Origin: Bacteroidales bacterium
GTDB taxonomy: Bacteria; Bacteroidota; Bacteroidia; Bacteroidales; PUMT01
NCBI GenBank assembly: GCA_007132715.1
Contig: SLOE01000047.1
Location: forward strand, 105,428 to 169,427
Reading direction: 5' to 3'
DNA length: 64,000 bases
Below are positions 8,567 through 17,745 of this stretch, one piece after another. A model generated the notes under the pieces. That model saw only the letters and a program-made list of their open reading frames with translations, did not search any database and was not told the DNA's origin. Each line of letters starts with the position of its first letter. The first letter of the stretch is position 1. Both the position numbers and the translations under genes were made by a program.

Positions 8567-10594
8567 ATGCAAAAACCTATGATCACCATTGTCAGCCTGC
8601 TGCTGTTCGTCAGCGGGGCAGCGTCACAGATACTTGAGCCGGTAAAATGGCATTTTTCAAAGGAGCAGGTAAGTGCCCGCGAGGTACACCTGCACATAAA
8701 TGCGGCTATAGACGATAACTGGTATCTGTACGGACAGGAGATTCCTGAAGGCGGACCAATACCAACCTTTTTCCATATTGACGTAAACCAGCATTTTGAG
8801 CTTATTGGTAAAGTGGAGGATCTGCTCGAACCGGAGATAAAATTTGATCCGTTTTTCAGCATGGATCTGCCTCTTTTCAGTAATGAGGCCCGCTTCAGGC
8901 AAAAAATCAGAATACTTTCAGAAAGTGAGTTTGTCATAACCGGCTTTGTTGAGTACATGAGCTGCGATGACGAACGCTGCCTGCCTCCCCAGGAGGTGGA
9001 ATTTGAATTTGTTATAAATGAAGGTGTGGTTGCGGCACCGGGTCCTGCCGTCGAAGAAGAAACAGAGCCTGGCCAAACCGGGTACCCTGTAACCGGCACA
9101 AGTGCGGTGGCACCATCTCCGGCAGAAACAGCAACAGACAGCCGCAGTCTCTGGGTATTCTTCTTTATCGCATTTGCCGGGGGACTTGCTGGTTTGCTTA
9201 CACCCTGCGTCTTCCCGATGATCCCGATGACGGTATCCTTTTTCATGCAGAAGCAGTCAGGCCGCCTCAATACCATTATCAACGCATTTGTGTTCGGAAT
9301 TTCCATTATCGCGGTATACACCAGCCTCGGTCTCCTTGTATCGCTTACGAGCGTCGGAGCAGGGTTTGCTAACCAGCTCAGTTCACACTGGCTTCCCAAC
9401 ATGATATTCTTCCTGCTGTTCATTGCATTTGCCGCATCGTTTTTCGGACTTTTTGAGATAACCCTGCCCGGCAGCCTGGCAACAAAAGCAGATACGAAAG
9501 CAGAAAGTGGCGGTTACCTGGGTTCATTCTTCATGGCACTGACCCTGGTCATTGTTTCTCTCTCATGTGTCGGGCCTATCGTTGGTGCCCTGCTGGTGGA
9601 AGCGGCAACCGGTGCAGGGGCAAAACCGGTAATCGGCATGTTCGGGTTCTCGCTTGCCTTCGCCGTTCCATTCACCCTGCTTGCCATATTCCCCTCATGG
9701 CTAAACAAACTGCCCAAATCAGGGGGTTGGCTCAATTCTGTAAAGGTCGTGCTTGGCTTCATTGTCCTTGCCTTCAGCCTCAGATTCCTCATGGTGGTCG
9801 ACCAGACATACCACTGGGGCATATTGACCCGGGACGTCTACCTTGCAATATGGATAGTGATATTTACACTTCTCGGATTCTACCTTTTGGGCAAGCTAAG
9901 ACTTGCACATGACAGCAAGCTGGATCATGTGAGCGTACCAAGGCTTTTCATTGCTATAGCATCATTTGCCTTCGTGGTCTACCTGGTTCCTGGAATGTTC
10001 GGGGCACCGCTCAAATCAATATCATCACTGCTGCCTCCCCAGCACAGCCTCTCCTTTGACATAGGTGCTATTATAAGGGACAGCGGAACAGGCACAGCAG
10101 CAACGCCTTGGGAATTATGCGACGAACCGAGGTTTGCTGACTTCCTCACATTGCCGCACGGCCTCCAGGGATATTTTGACCTGGAGCAGGGCCTTGCCTG
10201 TGCACGTGAACTCAATAAGCCCGTATTCCTGAGCTTTACCGGCCACGCATGCTCAAACTGCAAGGAGATGGAGGCCAGAGTCTGGTCAGACCAGCGCGTA
10301 CTGGAACGGCTTAGAAACGACTTTGTTATCATCTCACTTTACGTTGATGACCGGACAAGGCTCCCTGAAGATGAATGGATAACATCAGAGTTCGACGGAA
10401 GGGTAAAGAATACTATCGGGAGGAAAAACCTGGATTACCAGATATCGGCCTTCAATACAAACACGCAACCCTATTACGTGGTAATGGATGCCGGCGGCAA
10501 TCTGCTTAACCAGCCACGCGGGTACAGCCTCAACAGGGATGCTTTTGCAGAATTCCTGGAAACAGCTGTCGGGAGCTTCGGCAAAACCCCTTAG
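8567..10594 (+). CDS. dsbD: DsbD-family protein-disulfide reductase
   Basis: Signal peptide. N-terminal DsbD-alpha-like domain with CDDERCLPP. CcdA-type membrane core with TPCVFPMIP and SLSCVGPIVG. C-terminal thioredoxin fold with the CSNC active site. Confidence 0.8.
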   Translation: MQKPMITIVSLLLFVSGAASQILEPVKWHFSKEQVSAREVHLHINAAIDDNWYLYGQEIPEGGPIPTFFHIDVNQHFELIGKVEDLLEPEIKFDPFFSMDLPLFSNEARFRQKIRILSESEFVITGFVEYMSCDDERCLPPQEVEFEFVINEGVVAAPGPAVEEETEPGQTGYPVTGTSAVAPSPAETATDSRSLWVFFFIAFAGGLAGLLTPCVFPMIPMTVSFFMQKQSGRLNTIINAFVFGISIIAVYTSLGLLVSLTSVGAGFANQLSSHWLPNMIFFLLFIAFAASFFGLFEITLPGSLATKADTKAESGGYLGSFFMALTLVIVSLSCVGPIVGALLVEAATGAGAKPVIGMFGFSLAFAVPFTLLAIFPSWLNKLPKSGGWLNSVKVVLGFIVLAFSLRFLMVVDQTYHWGILTRDVYLAIWIVIFTLLGFYLLGKLRLAHDSKLDHVSVPRLFIAIASFAFVVYLVPGMFGAPLKSISSLLPPQHSLSFDIGAIIRDSGTGTAATPWELCDEPRFADFLTLPHGLQGYFDLEQGLACARELNKPVFLSFTGHACSNCKEMEARVWSDQRVLERLRNDFVIISLYVDDRTRLPEDEWITSEFDGRVKNTIGRKNLDYQISAFNTNTQPYYVVMDAGGNLLNQPRGYSLNRDAFAEFLETAVGSFGKTP

Positions 10595-10598
10595 CACC

Positions 10599-11489
10599 TT
10601 AACTTTTTCTCTTCCCGTTCACCAGGTAAACGCCTGCCAGGATCACCAGGGCCCAGAAGGCCTGAACAGGGAGGAAACTCTCGCCATCCATTATGCCCCA
10701 GAAAACGGCAAATATCGGAATTATATAAGTTACCGAGGCTGCAAAGAGCGTGGTGGTGAACTTTATCAGTAAATTCATCATAATGATGGCAATGAAGCTC
10801 GAGAAAAATGCCAGCGCAATAACGGCAAGAAGGCTGCCGGTCAATTCGGGCGACCCGGCAGCCATGCTGTAGTCCGTCAACAGAAGGTACAGTCCGGCGA
10901 AAGGTCCGATGAACAGGAACCCAAGGGAGGCAATAGCAACACCGTCAAGATCACGGAGCCTGAACTTGATCTCATTCACATTTATGCCGTAACATAGTGT
11001 TCCTGCCACGGCAAACAGACCATACCAGTTGTTTGAAGTCCCGATATCAAGATCATTTATACTGGTTATCAGGCCCACAGCACCGATCATTCCGAGAATC
11101 AGTCCCGCAACACTGAGCCACCGCACCTTATTGGCATATAAAAGCACACCTATTAAAAGTGTGAAAATGGGTGTAAGGGAATTTAGTATTCCCGCCACTG
11201 AGCTGCTTATCTCCGTCTGTGCCGTTGAAAACATAAAAGCGGGTATCGCGTTGCCGATAAACCCGACAATGAGCAGCGACTTGAGATTTGACCAGTTCAG
11301 TTTTTTAAGGTGCCTTATTATTAAGGGTATAAAAAAGACAAAAGAAAAGAATATCCGCATGGCGCCCACCTGCATATTGGTGAATGAAACAAGACCTCTT
11401 TTCATAAGGATGAACGAGGCCCCCCAGATAAAAGCAAGAAAGATCAGCATGATCCACTGCCACGGCCGTTTTTCCAGGTCAATTAACAT
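10599..11489 (-). CDS. EamA/DMT family transporter
   Basis: Ten predicted TM helices in two EamA-like halves. N-terminus FLAFIWGASFILMKRGL. Confidence 0.75.
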   Translation of the reverse strand: MLIDLEKRPWQWIMLIFLAFIWGASFILMKRGLVSFTNMQVGAMRIFFSFVFFIPLIIRHLKKLNWSNLKSLLIVGFIGNAIPAFMFSTAQTEISSSVAGILNSLTPIFTLLIGVLLYANKVRWLSVAGLILGMIGAVGLITSINDLDIGTSNNWYGLFAVAGTLCYGINVNEIKFRLRDLDGVAIASLGFLFIGPFAGLYLLLTDYSMAAGSPELTGSLLAVIALAFFSSFIAIIMMNLLIKFTTTLFAASVTYIIPIFAVFWGIMDGESFLPVQAFWALVILAGVYLVNGKRKS

Positions 11490-11552
11490 TTCAGAAAAAT
11501 AAGAGCGTAAAGATAATCAATTTTGCAGGCAGTAATTGAGGGGGAAATTGCA

Positions 11553-11560
11553 TATTTTTG
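11553..11560 (+). promoter_or_regulatory. candidate -7 promoter box (TAnnTTTG)
   Basis: tatttttg lies 35 nt upstream of the GTG start at 11596. Confidence 0.3.
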
Positions 11561-11595
11561 TGCTGTACCATTATTAATCCGGAAGTAAGGATCAG

Positions 11596-12225
11596 GTGCA
11601 GGAAATCGTAATATTGCTCATCAAGAGCCTGGCAATTGGACTGATAGCTTCAGTCCCCCTGGGGCCTGTCGGGGTACTCTGTATCCAGCGGACACTCAGC
11701 AGGGGATACCTGGCCGGGTTCGTATCAGGAATGGGAGCCGCCGTTGCCGATGCATTCTTTGCACTGGTAGCAATCCTGGGGCTTTCAGTGATCATCAATT
11801 TCATTGAAACACAACAGTTCCTGATGCGTGCTGCAGGCGGGCTGATATTGATATTTATTGGTGTCCGCATATTTATATCCAACCCGGTCAGGCTCATGTG
11901 GTCAGGGCGCAACAATAACCAAAACCATTTTTCCGATTTCATGTCGGTACTGCTTCTGATGCTGACCAATCCGCTTGCCATATTTCTTTTTCTGGCGGCT
12001 TTCGCAAGCCTTGAACTTGTAACCCCGAAGCCCGGTCTGCTTGCATCTTTTGCTATCGTTACCGGTATACTCGCCGGGGGTGCGCTTTACTGGCTCCTCC
12101 TGAGCAGTATCATAAACCAGTTCAGGAACAGGTTCCGGCTAAGGATCCTGTTCAGGATCAACCGGTCAGCCGGGGTGCTGATCGTCGTATTCGGCATAAC
12201 AGCTTTATTAAGCTTACTAATCTGA
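11596..12225 (+). CDS. LysE family translocator
   Basis: GTG start, about 6 TM helices, LysE-type N-terminal VPLGPVG motif. Confidence 0.7.
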   Translation: MQEIVILLIKSLAIGLIASVPLGPVGVLCIQRTLSRGYLAGFVSGMGAAVADAFFALVAILGLSVIINFIETQQFLMRAAGGLILIFIGVRIFISNPVRLMWSGRNNNQNHFSDFMSVLLLMLTNPLAIFLFLAAFASLELVTPKPGLLASFAIVTGILAGGALYWLLLSSIINQFRNRFRLRILFRINRSAGVLIVVFGITALLSLLI

Positions 12226-12239
12226 AAATAAAACCGGCT

Positions 12240-14033
12240 ATGCAACTAATAAAAACGGAGGATCTGCTCAGGTCAGGCAAAATGAACAAACTTGGAGGAG
12301 AAAGTATTGCCAGATTGCTTATGCTCCTGTTACGGTTCAACAGAATTAACAAAGTTTATTCAAAAACATGGGACAAGGATGGTATCAAGTTCATCGATGC
12401 ACTGATCGGGGAGCTTGAGATAAACTATGAAGTAAGCGATGAAGAGCTTCAAAGGGTACCCGCCGGGGGACCGTTCATAACCGTATCAAACCACCCTTAC
12501 GGGGGAATTGACGGACTTCTGCTGCTGCACGCGCTTTCAAAACGCCGTGCAGATTTCAGAATAATGGCAAATTTCCTTCTGCGCCGGATTGAACCTATAA
12601 AAGAACATATTATTGCCGACAACCCTTTTGAAAGACAAAAAGAGACCGGTTCAGGCATATCAGGAATAAAAGAGGCCCTGACCCATCTGCGGTCAGGATC
12701 TCCGTTAGGCATGTTCCCTGCCGGGGAGGTCTCTGCTTACAATGATGAATGGACAGACGTAACCGACCGGCAATGGCAGAGTTCAGCTATCAAATTCATA
12801 AAACGGGCGCAGGTTCCGGTAGTACCTGTATATTTCCAGGGAACCAACAGCAGGATCTTCCATCTGCTGGGAATGATCCATCCTGTGCTCAGGACCATAA
12901 AACTCCCATCAGAGCTTCTGAACAAGAAGAACAGGGTTATCAGGTTAAGGATCGGGAACCCTTTACCTGTCAAAGACCAGAATGAGTTTGCTGACATTTA
13001 CAGGTACGGCCGCTATCTGAGGGCACGCACCTATTCTCTGGGTACCAGAATCGAGGTGAAAAAATTCTTCTCCTATACCATCCGTAGATCTGCCACTGAA
13101 GAGCCTGTAATAGATGCTGTTCCTGCCACAAAAATGCTGGATGAGATCACCAGGCTCTCAAATTTCCTGTTGTTCAAAAGCAAAAATTTTTCGGTTTATT
13201 GCGCACCATCAGTGATCATTCCCAATATCACCAACGAGATAGGCAGATTAAGGGAGATCACCTTCAGGGATGTGGGAGAAGGGACCAACCGTAATATCGA
13301 TATAGACGAATTTGACCTTTACTATCACCAGCTGTTCATCTGGGACGAAGATGAGAACAGGATAGTAGGGGCATACAGGGCAGGCAAAGGCAAGGAGGTG
13401 ATAGGCAGGTACGGACTACCGGGTCTTTATATTAATACCCTTTTCAAAATAGACAAAAGGTTAATTCCTGTCCTGGAACAGTGTATTGAACTGGGCCGGT
13501 CATTCATAGCCAAAGATTACCAGAAAAAACCGCTGCCTCTTTTCCTGCTGTGGAAAGGGATCCTCTATTTTCTTATTAAAAATCCCGATTACAGGTACCT
13601 CATAGGTCCCGTCAGCATCAGCAACCGGTTCTCACTCTTCTCAAAGGCAGTCATCATAAAATTCATTACCGATAATTATTTCAATCATGAATTTGCCAGG
13701 TATATCAAACCCAGGAACAAGTTCAGGGTCGACACCGGCAGTGTTGACACCGATATTATCCTGGGTAATTCAGACGACCTGAGCCGGCTGGACAAGTTCA
13801 TACAGGACATTGACCCGAGTCACTATACAGTACCTGTACTTCTGAAAAAATATCTAAAACAGAGCGGCAAGATCATTGGTTTCAATATAGACCCCAAGTT
13901 CAACAACTCCCTTGACGGTCTGCTGATACTCGATCTGTATGATGTGCCACTCGAAACCATCACGGCACTGTCAAAAGAGATCAAAGACGAATCTTTGCTG
14001 CAGCGTTTCTACGGGACGGATACGAAACTGTAA
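12240..14033 (+). CDS. bifunctional acyltransferase: N-terminal PlsC-like O-acyltransferase + C-terminal GNAT-like N-acyltransferase (OlsF-like aminolipid synthase)
   Basis: N-terminal acyltransferase blocks (VSNHPYGGIDG, FPAGEVS). The ~280-aa C-terminal domain resembles hemolysin-like/OlsB-type N-acyltransferases (EITFRDVGEGT...YRAGKG). Size and architecture match OlsF as described for Serratia and Flavobacterium. Confidence 0.55.
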   Translation: MQLIKTEDLLRSGKMNKLGGESIARLLMLLLRFNRINKVYSKTWDKDGIKFIDALIGELEINYEVSDEELQRVPAGGPFITVSNHPYGGIDGLLLLHALSKRRADFRIMANFLLRRIEPIKEHIIADNPFERQKETGSGISGIKEALTHLRSGSPLGMFPAGEVSAYNDEWTDVTDRQWQSSAIKFIKRAQVPVVPVYFQGTNSRIFHLLGMIHPVLRTIKLPSELLNKKNRVIRLRIGNPLPVKDQNEFADIYRYGRYLRARTYSLGTRIEVKKFFSYTIRRSATEEPVIDAVPATKMLDEITRLSNFLLFKSKNFSVYCAPSVIIPNITNEIGRLREITFRDVGEGTNRNIDIDEFDLYYHQLFIWDEDENRIVGAYRAGKGKEVIGRYGLPGLYINTLFKIDKRLIPVLEQCIELGRSFIAKDYQKKPLPLFLLWKGILYFLIKNPDYRYLIGPVSISNRFSLFSKAVIIKFITDNYFNHEFARYIKPRNKFRVDTGSVDTDIILGNSDDLSRLDKFIQDIDPSHYTVPVLLKKYLKQSGKIIGFNIDPKFNNSLDGLLILDLYDVPLETITALSKEIKDESLLQRFYGTDTKL

Positions 14034-14046
14034 AAAAACCTCGTTA

Positions 14047-14799
14047 TTACATTCTGTAATCTCCTGCATATGTGGGGTATCCCGGATCTACAGGAGATTC
14101 AACGACAAACAGCCTGCAATCACTCTTTGCATTCATCTCAAGCTTTTCCTCTTCCTTTGCAATAAAAAAATCGTATTGGTCCAGATCACTTATTCTCAGT
14201 TCAAGGTCGCCTTCGAGAATAAACCCGGAAACAAAAACATTGCCGGGACAATTGTAGACATGTTTCCCCTCTGCCAGGGAAATTTCACAGATGGTAACAC
14301 CGGGAGACTGCATTACTGCGCGTGAGCCTTCCCCCACATAAACCTTGGTGCTCCTCCCCTCTTCCATCCTGATCGGGAACCGGTCAGACGGAAAGTCACT
14401 GTAAGAAGAAGGCCGGTTCAGTGTTTTTTCAAGATCCGGATCAAACCAGATCTGCAGCACAGAGGTTGACGGCAAAAATCTTTCTGAATGGATATAGCCA
14501 TTTCCGGCCATTATAATCTGCATATCACCCGCAGCCAGTCTTTTCCACCCCCTGTAACGGTTATCATAATGCTCAATCTCCCCGTTAAGCACGAAGGTCA
14601 TTATCTCAAACCCCTTATGGGAGTGTTCCCCGGTATCAGCACCGTTACCGCTCGACATATGCGACCAGTATAAAATGTTTGAATAGGGGCTCAGCAGTCC
14701 TTCATCCTCATAGAACCCGACAGGCTTGCTCTCATGCAGATCCAGATTCCCGTGCATGCCTGCCGCCTGTTCCTCCCTTCTGTATGTCATTATTGCCAT
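14047..14799 (-). CDS. pirin family protein
   Basis: Bicupin with the metal motif EHSHKGFEIMTFVLNGEIEHYD. Confidence 0.8.
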   Translation of the reverse strand: MAIMTYRREEQAAGMHGNLDLHESKPVGFYEDEGLLSPYSNILYWSHMSSGNGADTGEHSHKGFEIMTFVLNGEIEHYDNRYRGWKRLAAGDMQIIMAGNGYIHSERFLPSTSVLQIWFDPDLEKTLNRPSSYSDFPSDRFPIRMEEGRSTKVYVGEGSRAVMQSPGVTICEISLAEGKHVYNCPGNVFVSGFILEGDLELRISDLDQYDFFIAKEEEKLEMNAKSDCRLFVVESPVDPGYPTYAGDYRM

Positions 14800-14922
14800 G
14801 TCAGGATAAATGAGTTAATACATTAACATGTCATAAAGATAATCAAAATAACGTTCAATATTTTTAAGGCTCCAAACCAGAATTATTACTATTTTAGTCC
14901 TCCTAACCAAAAAAGATATCCC

Positions 14923-16224
14923 ATGGCCAATATGATAACTTCAGGATTACTGCTGGCAATAAGTATACTTATCCCGGGAACCATTGAACGTCAGAATAAT
15001 GACATTGATGCTATAGCAGCAGAGATCCACTCGGAGGTCCTTACTCTAGACACCCATACAGACACACCACTGATGCTTGCAAGGGAAGGTTTTGAAATTG
15101 GGAGCAGGAACATGGCCGACCGCAGGGGCGGACAGGTTGATTTCCCGAGAATGTTTGAGGGGGGACTTGATGCGGCCTTCTTTGCAGTTTTTCTGGGACA
15201 GGGTGAGAGAACCCCTGAAGGGAACCGGACGGCAAAAGAGAGAGCATTGCAGATTTTTGAACTTATCCACCAGGCAATTGACGACCATCCCGGGATGGCC
15301 GCGCTTGCCCTGGAACCTGACGATGCATACAGACTTAAAGATGAGGGCAGGCTGGCCATCTACATAGGCCTGGAGAACGGCTACCCCATAGGACGCGACA
15401 TAAACCTGGTTGATAAATATTATGATCTGGGAGCAAGATACATAACTCTCTCCCACTCCAGGAACAATGACATATGTGATTCATCTACCGATCCCAATGG
15501 TCCGGAACACAATGGTCTGTCGGATTTTGGCAGAAAGGTCGTCAGTCGGATGAATGACCTTGGCATGATCGTCGATGTAAGCCATATAAGTGACGAGGCC
15601 TTCTATGATGTGCTGGAAATATCCCGCGCCCCGGTTGTAGCCTCACACTCCAATGCAAGAGCTGTGTGCGATCACCCCCGCAATCTGGATGACGATATGC
15701 TGCTTGCCCTGAGAGATAACGGGGGTGTAATACAGGTATGCATACTGAGTTCCTATGTGAAAACACCGGAGCCAAATTCGGAAAGGGACGCAGCCAGGGA
15801 GACCGTCAGGCAAAGGTTCAATAACTTCGTCGACCTGACCGACGAAGAGATGGAGATGGCCAGGGAAGCCTGGTTTGAAGTAAATGAGAAATACCCGCAG
15901 CAGCTTGCCACCGTTGCCGATCTGGTTGACCATATAGATCATATAGTTGATCTTATTGGAATTGACTATGTGGGGATCGGCACTGATTTTGACGGGGGCG
16001 GCTCACTGGCCGACTGCAGGGATGTAACCGAAATAGGAAATATAACTCTCGAACTGGTCAGCCGCGATTATTCACGTGAAGATATAGAAAAGATCTGGGC
16101 AGGTAATTTCATGAGGGTATTCAGGGAAGCTGAGAATCGAAAGGCAGAAGAACAACCGGCAATTCAGACATCAGTCCCCGACGCCGCCATCAACAACTCT
16201 TTTGCGGGAAAAATGACCCGGTAA
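14923..16224 (+). CDS. membrane dipeptidase (peptidase M19)
   Basis: DTHTDTP, YITLSHSRNN, DVSHIS, ASHSNARA and GIGTDFDGGG motifs. Signal peptide. Confidence 0.85.
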   Translation: MANMITSGLLLAISILIPGTIERQNNDIDAIAAEIHSEVLTLDTHTDTPLMLAREGFEIGSRNMADRRGGQVDFPRMFEGGLDAAFFAVFLGQGERTPEGNRTAKERALQIFELIHQAIDDHPGMAALALEPDDAYRLKDEGRLAIYIGLENGYPIGRDINLVDKYYDLGARYITLSHSRNNDICDSSTDPNGPEHNGLSDFGRKVVSRMNDLGMIVDVSHISDEAFYDVLEISRAPVVASHSNARAVCDHPRNLDDDMLLALRDNGGVIQVCILSSYVKTPEPNSERDAARETVRQRFNNFVDLTDEEMEMAREAWFEVNEKYPQQLATVADLVDHIDHIVDLIGIDYVGIGTDFDGGGSLADCRDVTEIGNITLELVSRDYSREDIEKIWAGNFMRVFREAENRKAEEQPAIQTSVPDAAINNSFAGKMTR

Positions 16225-16288
16225 GGTCCCCGACGCCGCCATCAACAACTCTTTTGCGGGAAAAATGATCCGGTAAGGTCCCCGACGC
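16174..16288. repeat. 52-bp tandem repeat, 2.2 copies, spanning the dipeptidase stop codon
   Basis: Copy 1 at 16174-16225 and copy 2 at 16226-16277 differ at a single base (C at 16217 vs T at 16269). A third, 11-nt partial copy lies at 16278-16288. Confidence 0.9.
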
Positions 16289-16312
16289 GGGCGGATGATA
16301 AGGTTAGCATAC

Positions 16313-16346
16313 AAAAAAGATCCCGCCAATGTGCGGGATCCTTTTT
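16313..16346. terminator. bidirectional rho-independent terminator between convergent genes
   Basis: gatcccgc / gcgggatc stem with a 6-nt loop, flanked by AAAAAA upstream and TTTTT downstream. Confidence 0.7.
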
Positions 16347-16359
16347 AAATATGGTGGTC

Positions 16360-17697
16360 TCAGCCTGCGGCCGTGCCTGGTGTGGGCGGAACTGCGGGAA
16401 TATCAACCGAACCCATCTCAAGTGATTCGGGTCCCAGCTTCATCGACGAGTTCATCATCTCCTCCCATGTTACTTCACGGCCGGTGTATGCAGATACCCG
16501 GCCCATTAGCGCGGTCATACAGGCTTCTGATACATTCTGTGTCTCATTTATATAGTTTCCTGTACGGATTGCCGTTACAAGGTTTATTATCTCCTGGTCA
16601 TACGGACTGACAGCGACGGTACCTGTCGGTTGTCCGTCATCCCCTATAGGATACTGGTATCCCCATATCACGTTGCCGTCATAGTCCCATATCGTATTCT
16701 GGGCATTGGTATAACCCTTGGTCCCGAATATGATCTCAGAAACGTTATTTGCACATCCGTTGATCTGCCGGCACATACTATGCATATGCCTGTTATCGTC
16801 GAAGGTGAAATCAACGCTGAAGAAATCATACTGGTCACCTGTCGGCCTCCTGTGCCTGCCGCCGAAACCGACACCTTTTACCGGGTGTTTCTCAAAGAAC
16901 CAGTTGACAACATCGATATTGTGAACATGCTGTTCAACAATGTGATCGCCCGAGAGCCAGCACCAGTTGACCCAATCGCGAAGCATTGCCTCCATGTCGG
17001 TCCATCCCTCCTGTCGTCTTACAAACCAGAGAGAAGACTGGTTCCAGTAACAGTTCGCAGAGACCAGGTCGCCTATTGCCCCGTTCTTAACCATCTCAAA
17101 TGTCTTTACATAATCACGCTGATGCCTTCTTTGTGTTCCTGTTACGACATTAAGTCCGGCCGATTCGGCCATCCTTCCGGCAGCCATTACCTGGCGTATG
17201 CCAACAGGGTCCACTCCGACAGGCTTCTCGGCAAAGATATGCTTACGGTTCTGAACAGCATATTCAAAGCTTTTGGGCCTGAAATTGGGGGGTTCGCAAA
17301 GCAGTACAACATCAACATCGGTATCGATCACCCTCCTGTAGGCGTCAAAGCCCGTAAAACACATATCATCGGGCACGTCAACGCTCCTCTTCTCCTTCAG
17401 CTCATTGCGGCATCTGTCCAGCCTGTGCTGAAACACATCGCCTAGTGCAGCTATTTCCAGATTTGGACCGCTGTTAAGAAAGTTCATGGCCGCACCGGTA
17501 CCACGGCCTCCGCAACCGATAACACCGGCTCTCAATACCCTGCCATCAGGTGCCTGATCGGGGAATACGGGTGCAACATATGTTGGTCTCCTGCTGCATG
17601 ATGAGACTACCGCACCAACCCCGAGTGCGCCAATTGCACCAATTGCTGCAGCATCGCCCAGAAATTTGCGACGGCTTAATGATTTTTTCTGATCCAT
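16360..17697 (-). CDS. Tat-exported Gfo/Idh/MocA family oxidoreductase (possibly lipidated)
   Basis: Twin-arginine motif SRRKFLGDAAA followed by VVSSC. Rossmann motif GVIGCGGRG. Conserved WLSGDHIVEQHVHNIDV block. Confidence 0.8.
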   Translation of the reverse strand: MDQKKSLSRRKFLGDAAAIGAIGALGVGAVVSSCSRRPTYVAPVFPDQAPDGRVLRAGVIGCGGRGTGAAMNFLNSGPNLEIAALGDVFQHRLDRCRNELKEKRSVDVPDDMCFTGFDAYRRVIDTDVDVVLLCEPPNFRPKSFEYAVQNRKHIFAEKPVGVDPVGIRQVMAAGRMAESAGLNVVTGTQRRHQRDYVKTFEMVKNGAIGDLVSANCYWNQSSLWFVRRQEGWTDMEAMLRDWVNWCWLSGDHIVEQHVHNIDVVNWFFEKHPVKGVGFGGRHRRPTGDQYDFFSVDFTFDDNRHMHSMCRQINGCANNVSEIIFGTKGYTNAQNTIWDYDGNVIWGYQYPIGDDGQPTGTVAVSPYDQEIINLVTAIRTGNYINETQNVSEACMTALMGRVSAYTGREVTWEEMMNSSMKLGPESLEMGSVDIPAVPPTPGTAAG

Positions 17698-17745
17698 GAT
17701 TATGTAGTTTGATTAATAAATTATGAAAAATTGCAACTATCCAGA

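Noticed and set aside
8434-9423. 329-aa ORF antisense to the DsbD-like gene
   Set aside because: It lies entirely inside a well-supported gene on the other strand. Its product is Ser/Pro/Cys/Thr-rich and low in complexity, with no recognisable motif. This looks like a typical shadow ORF.
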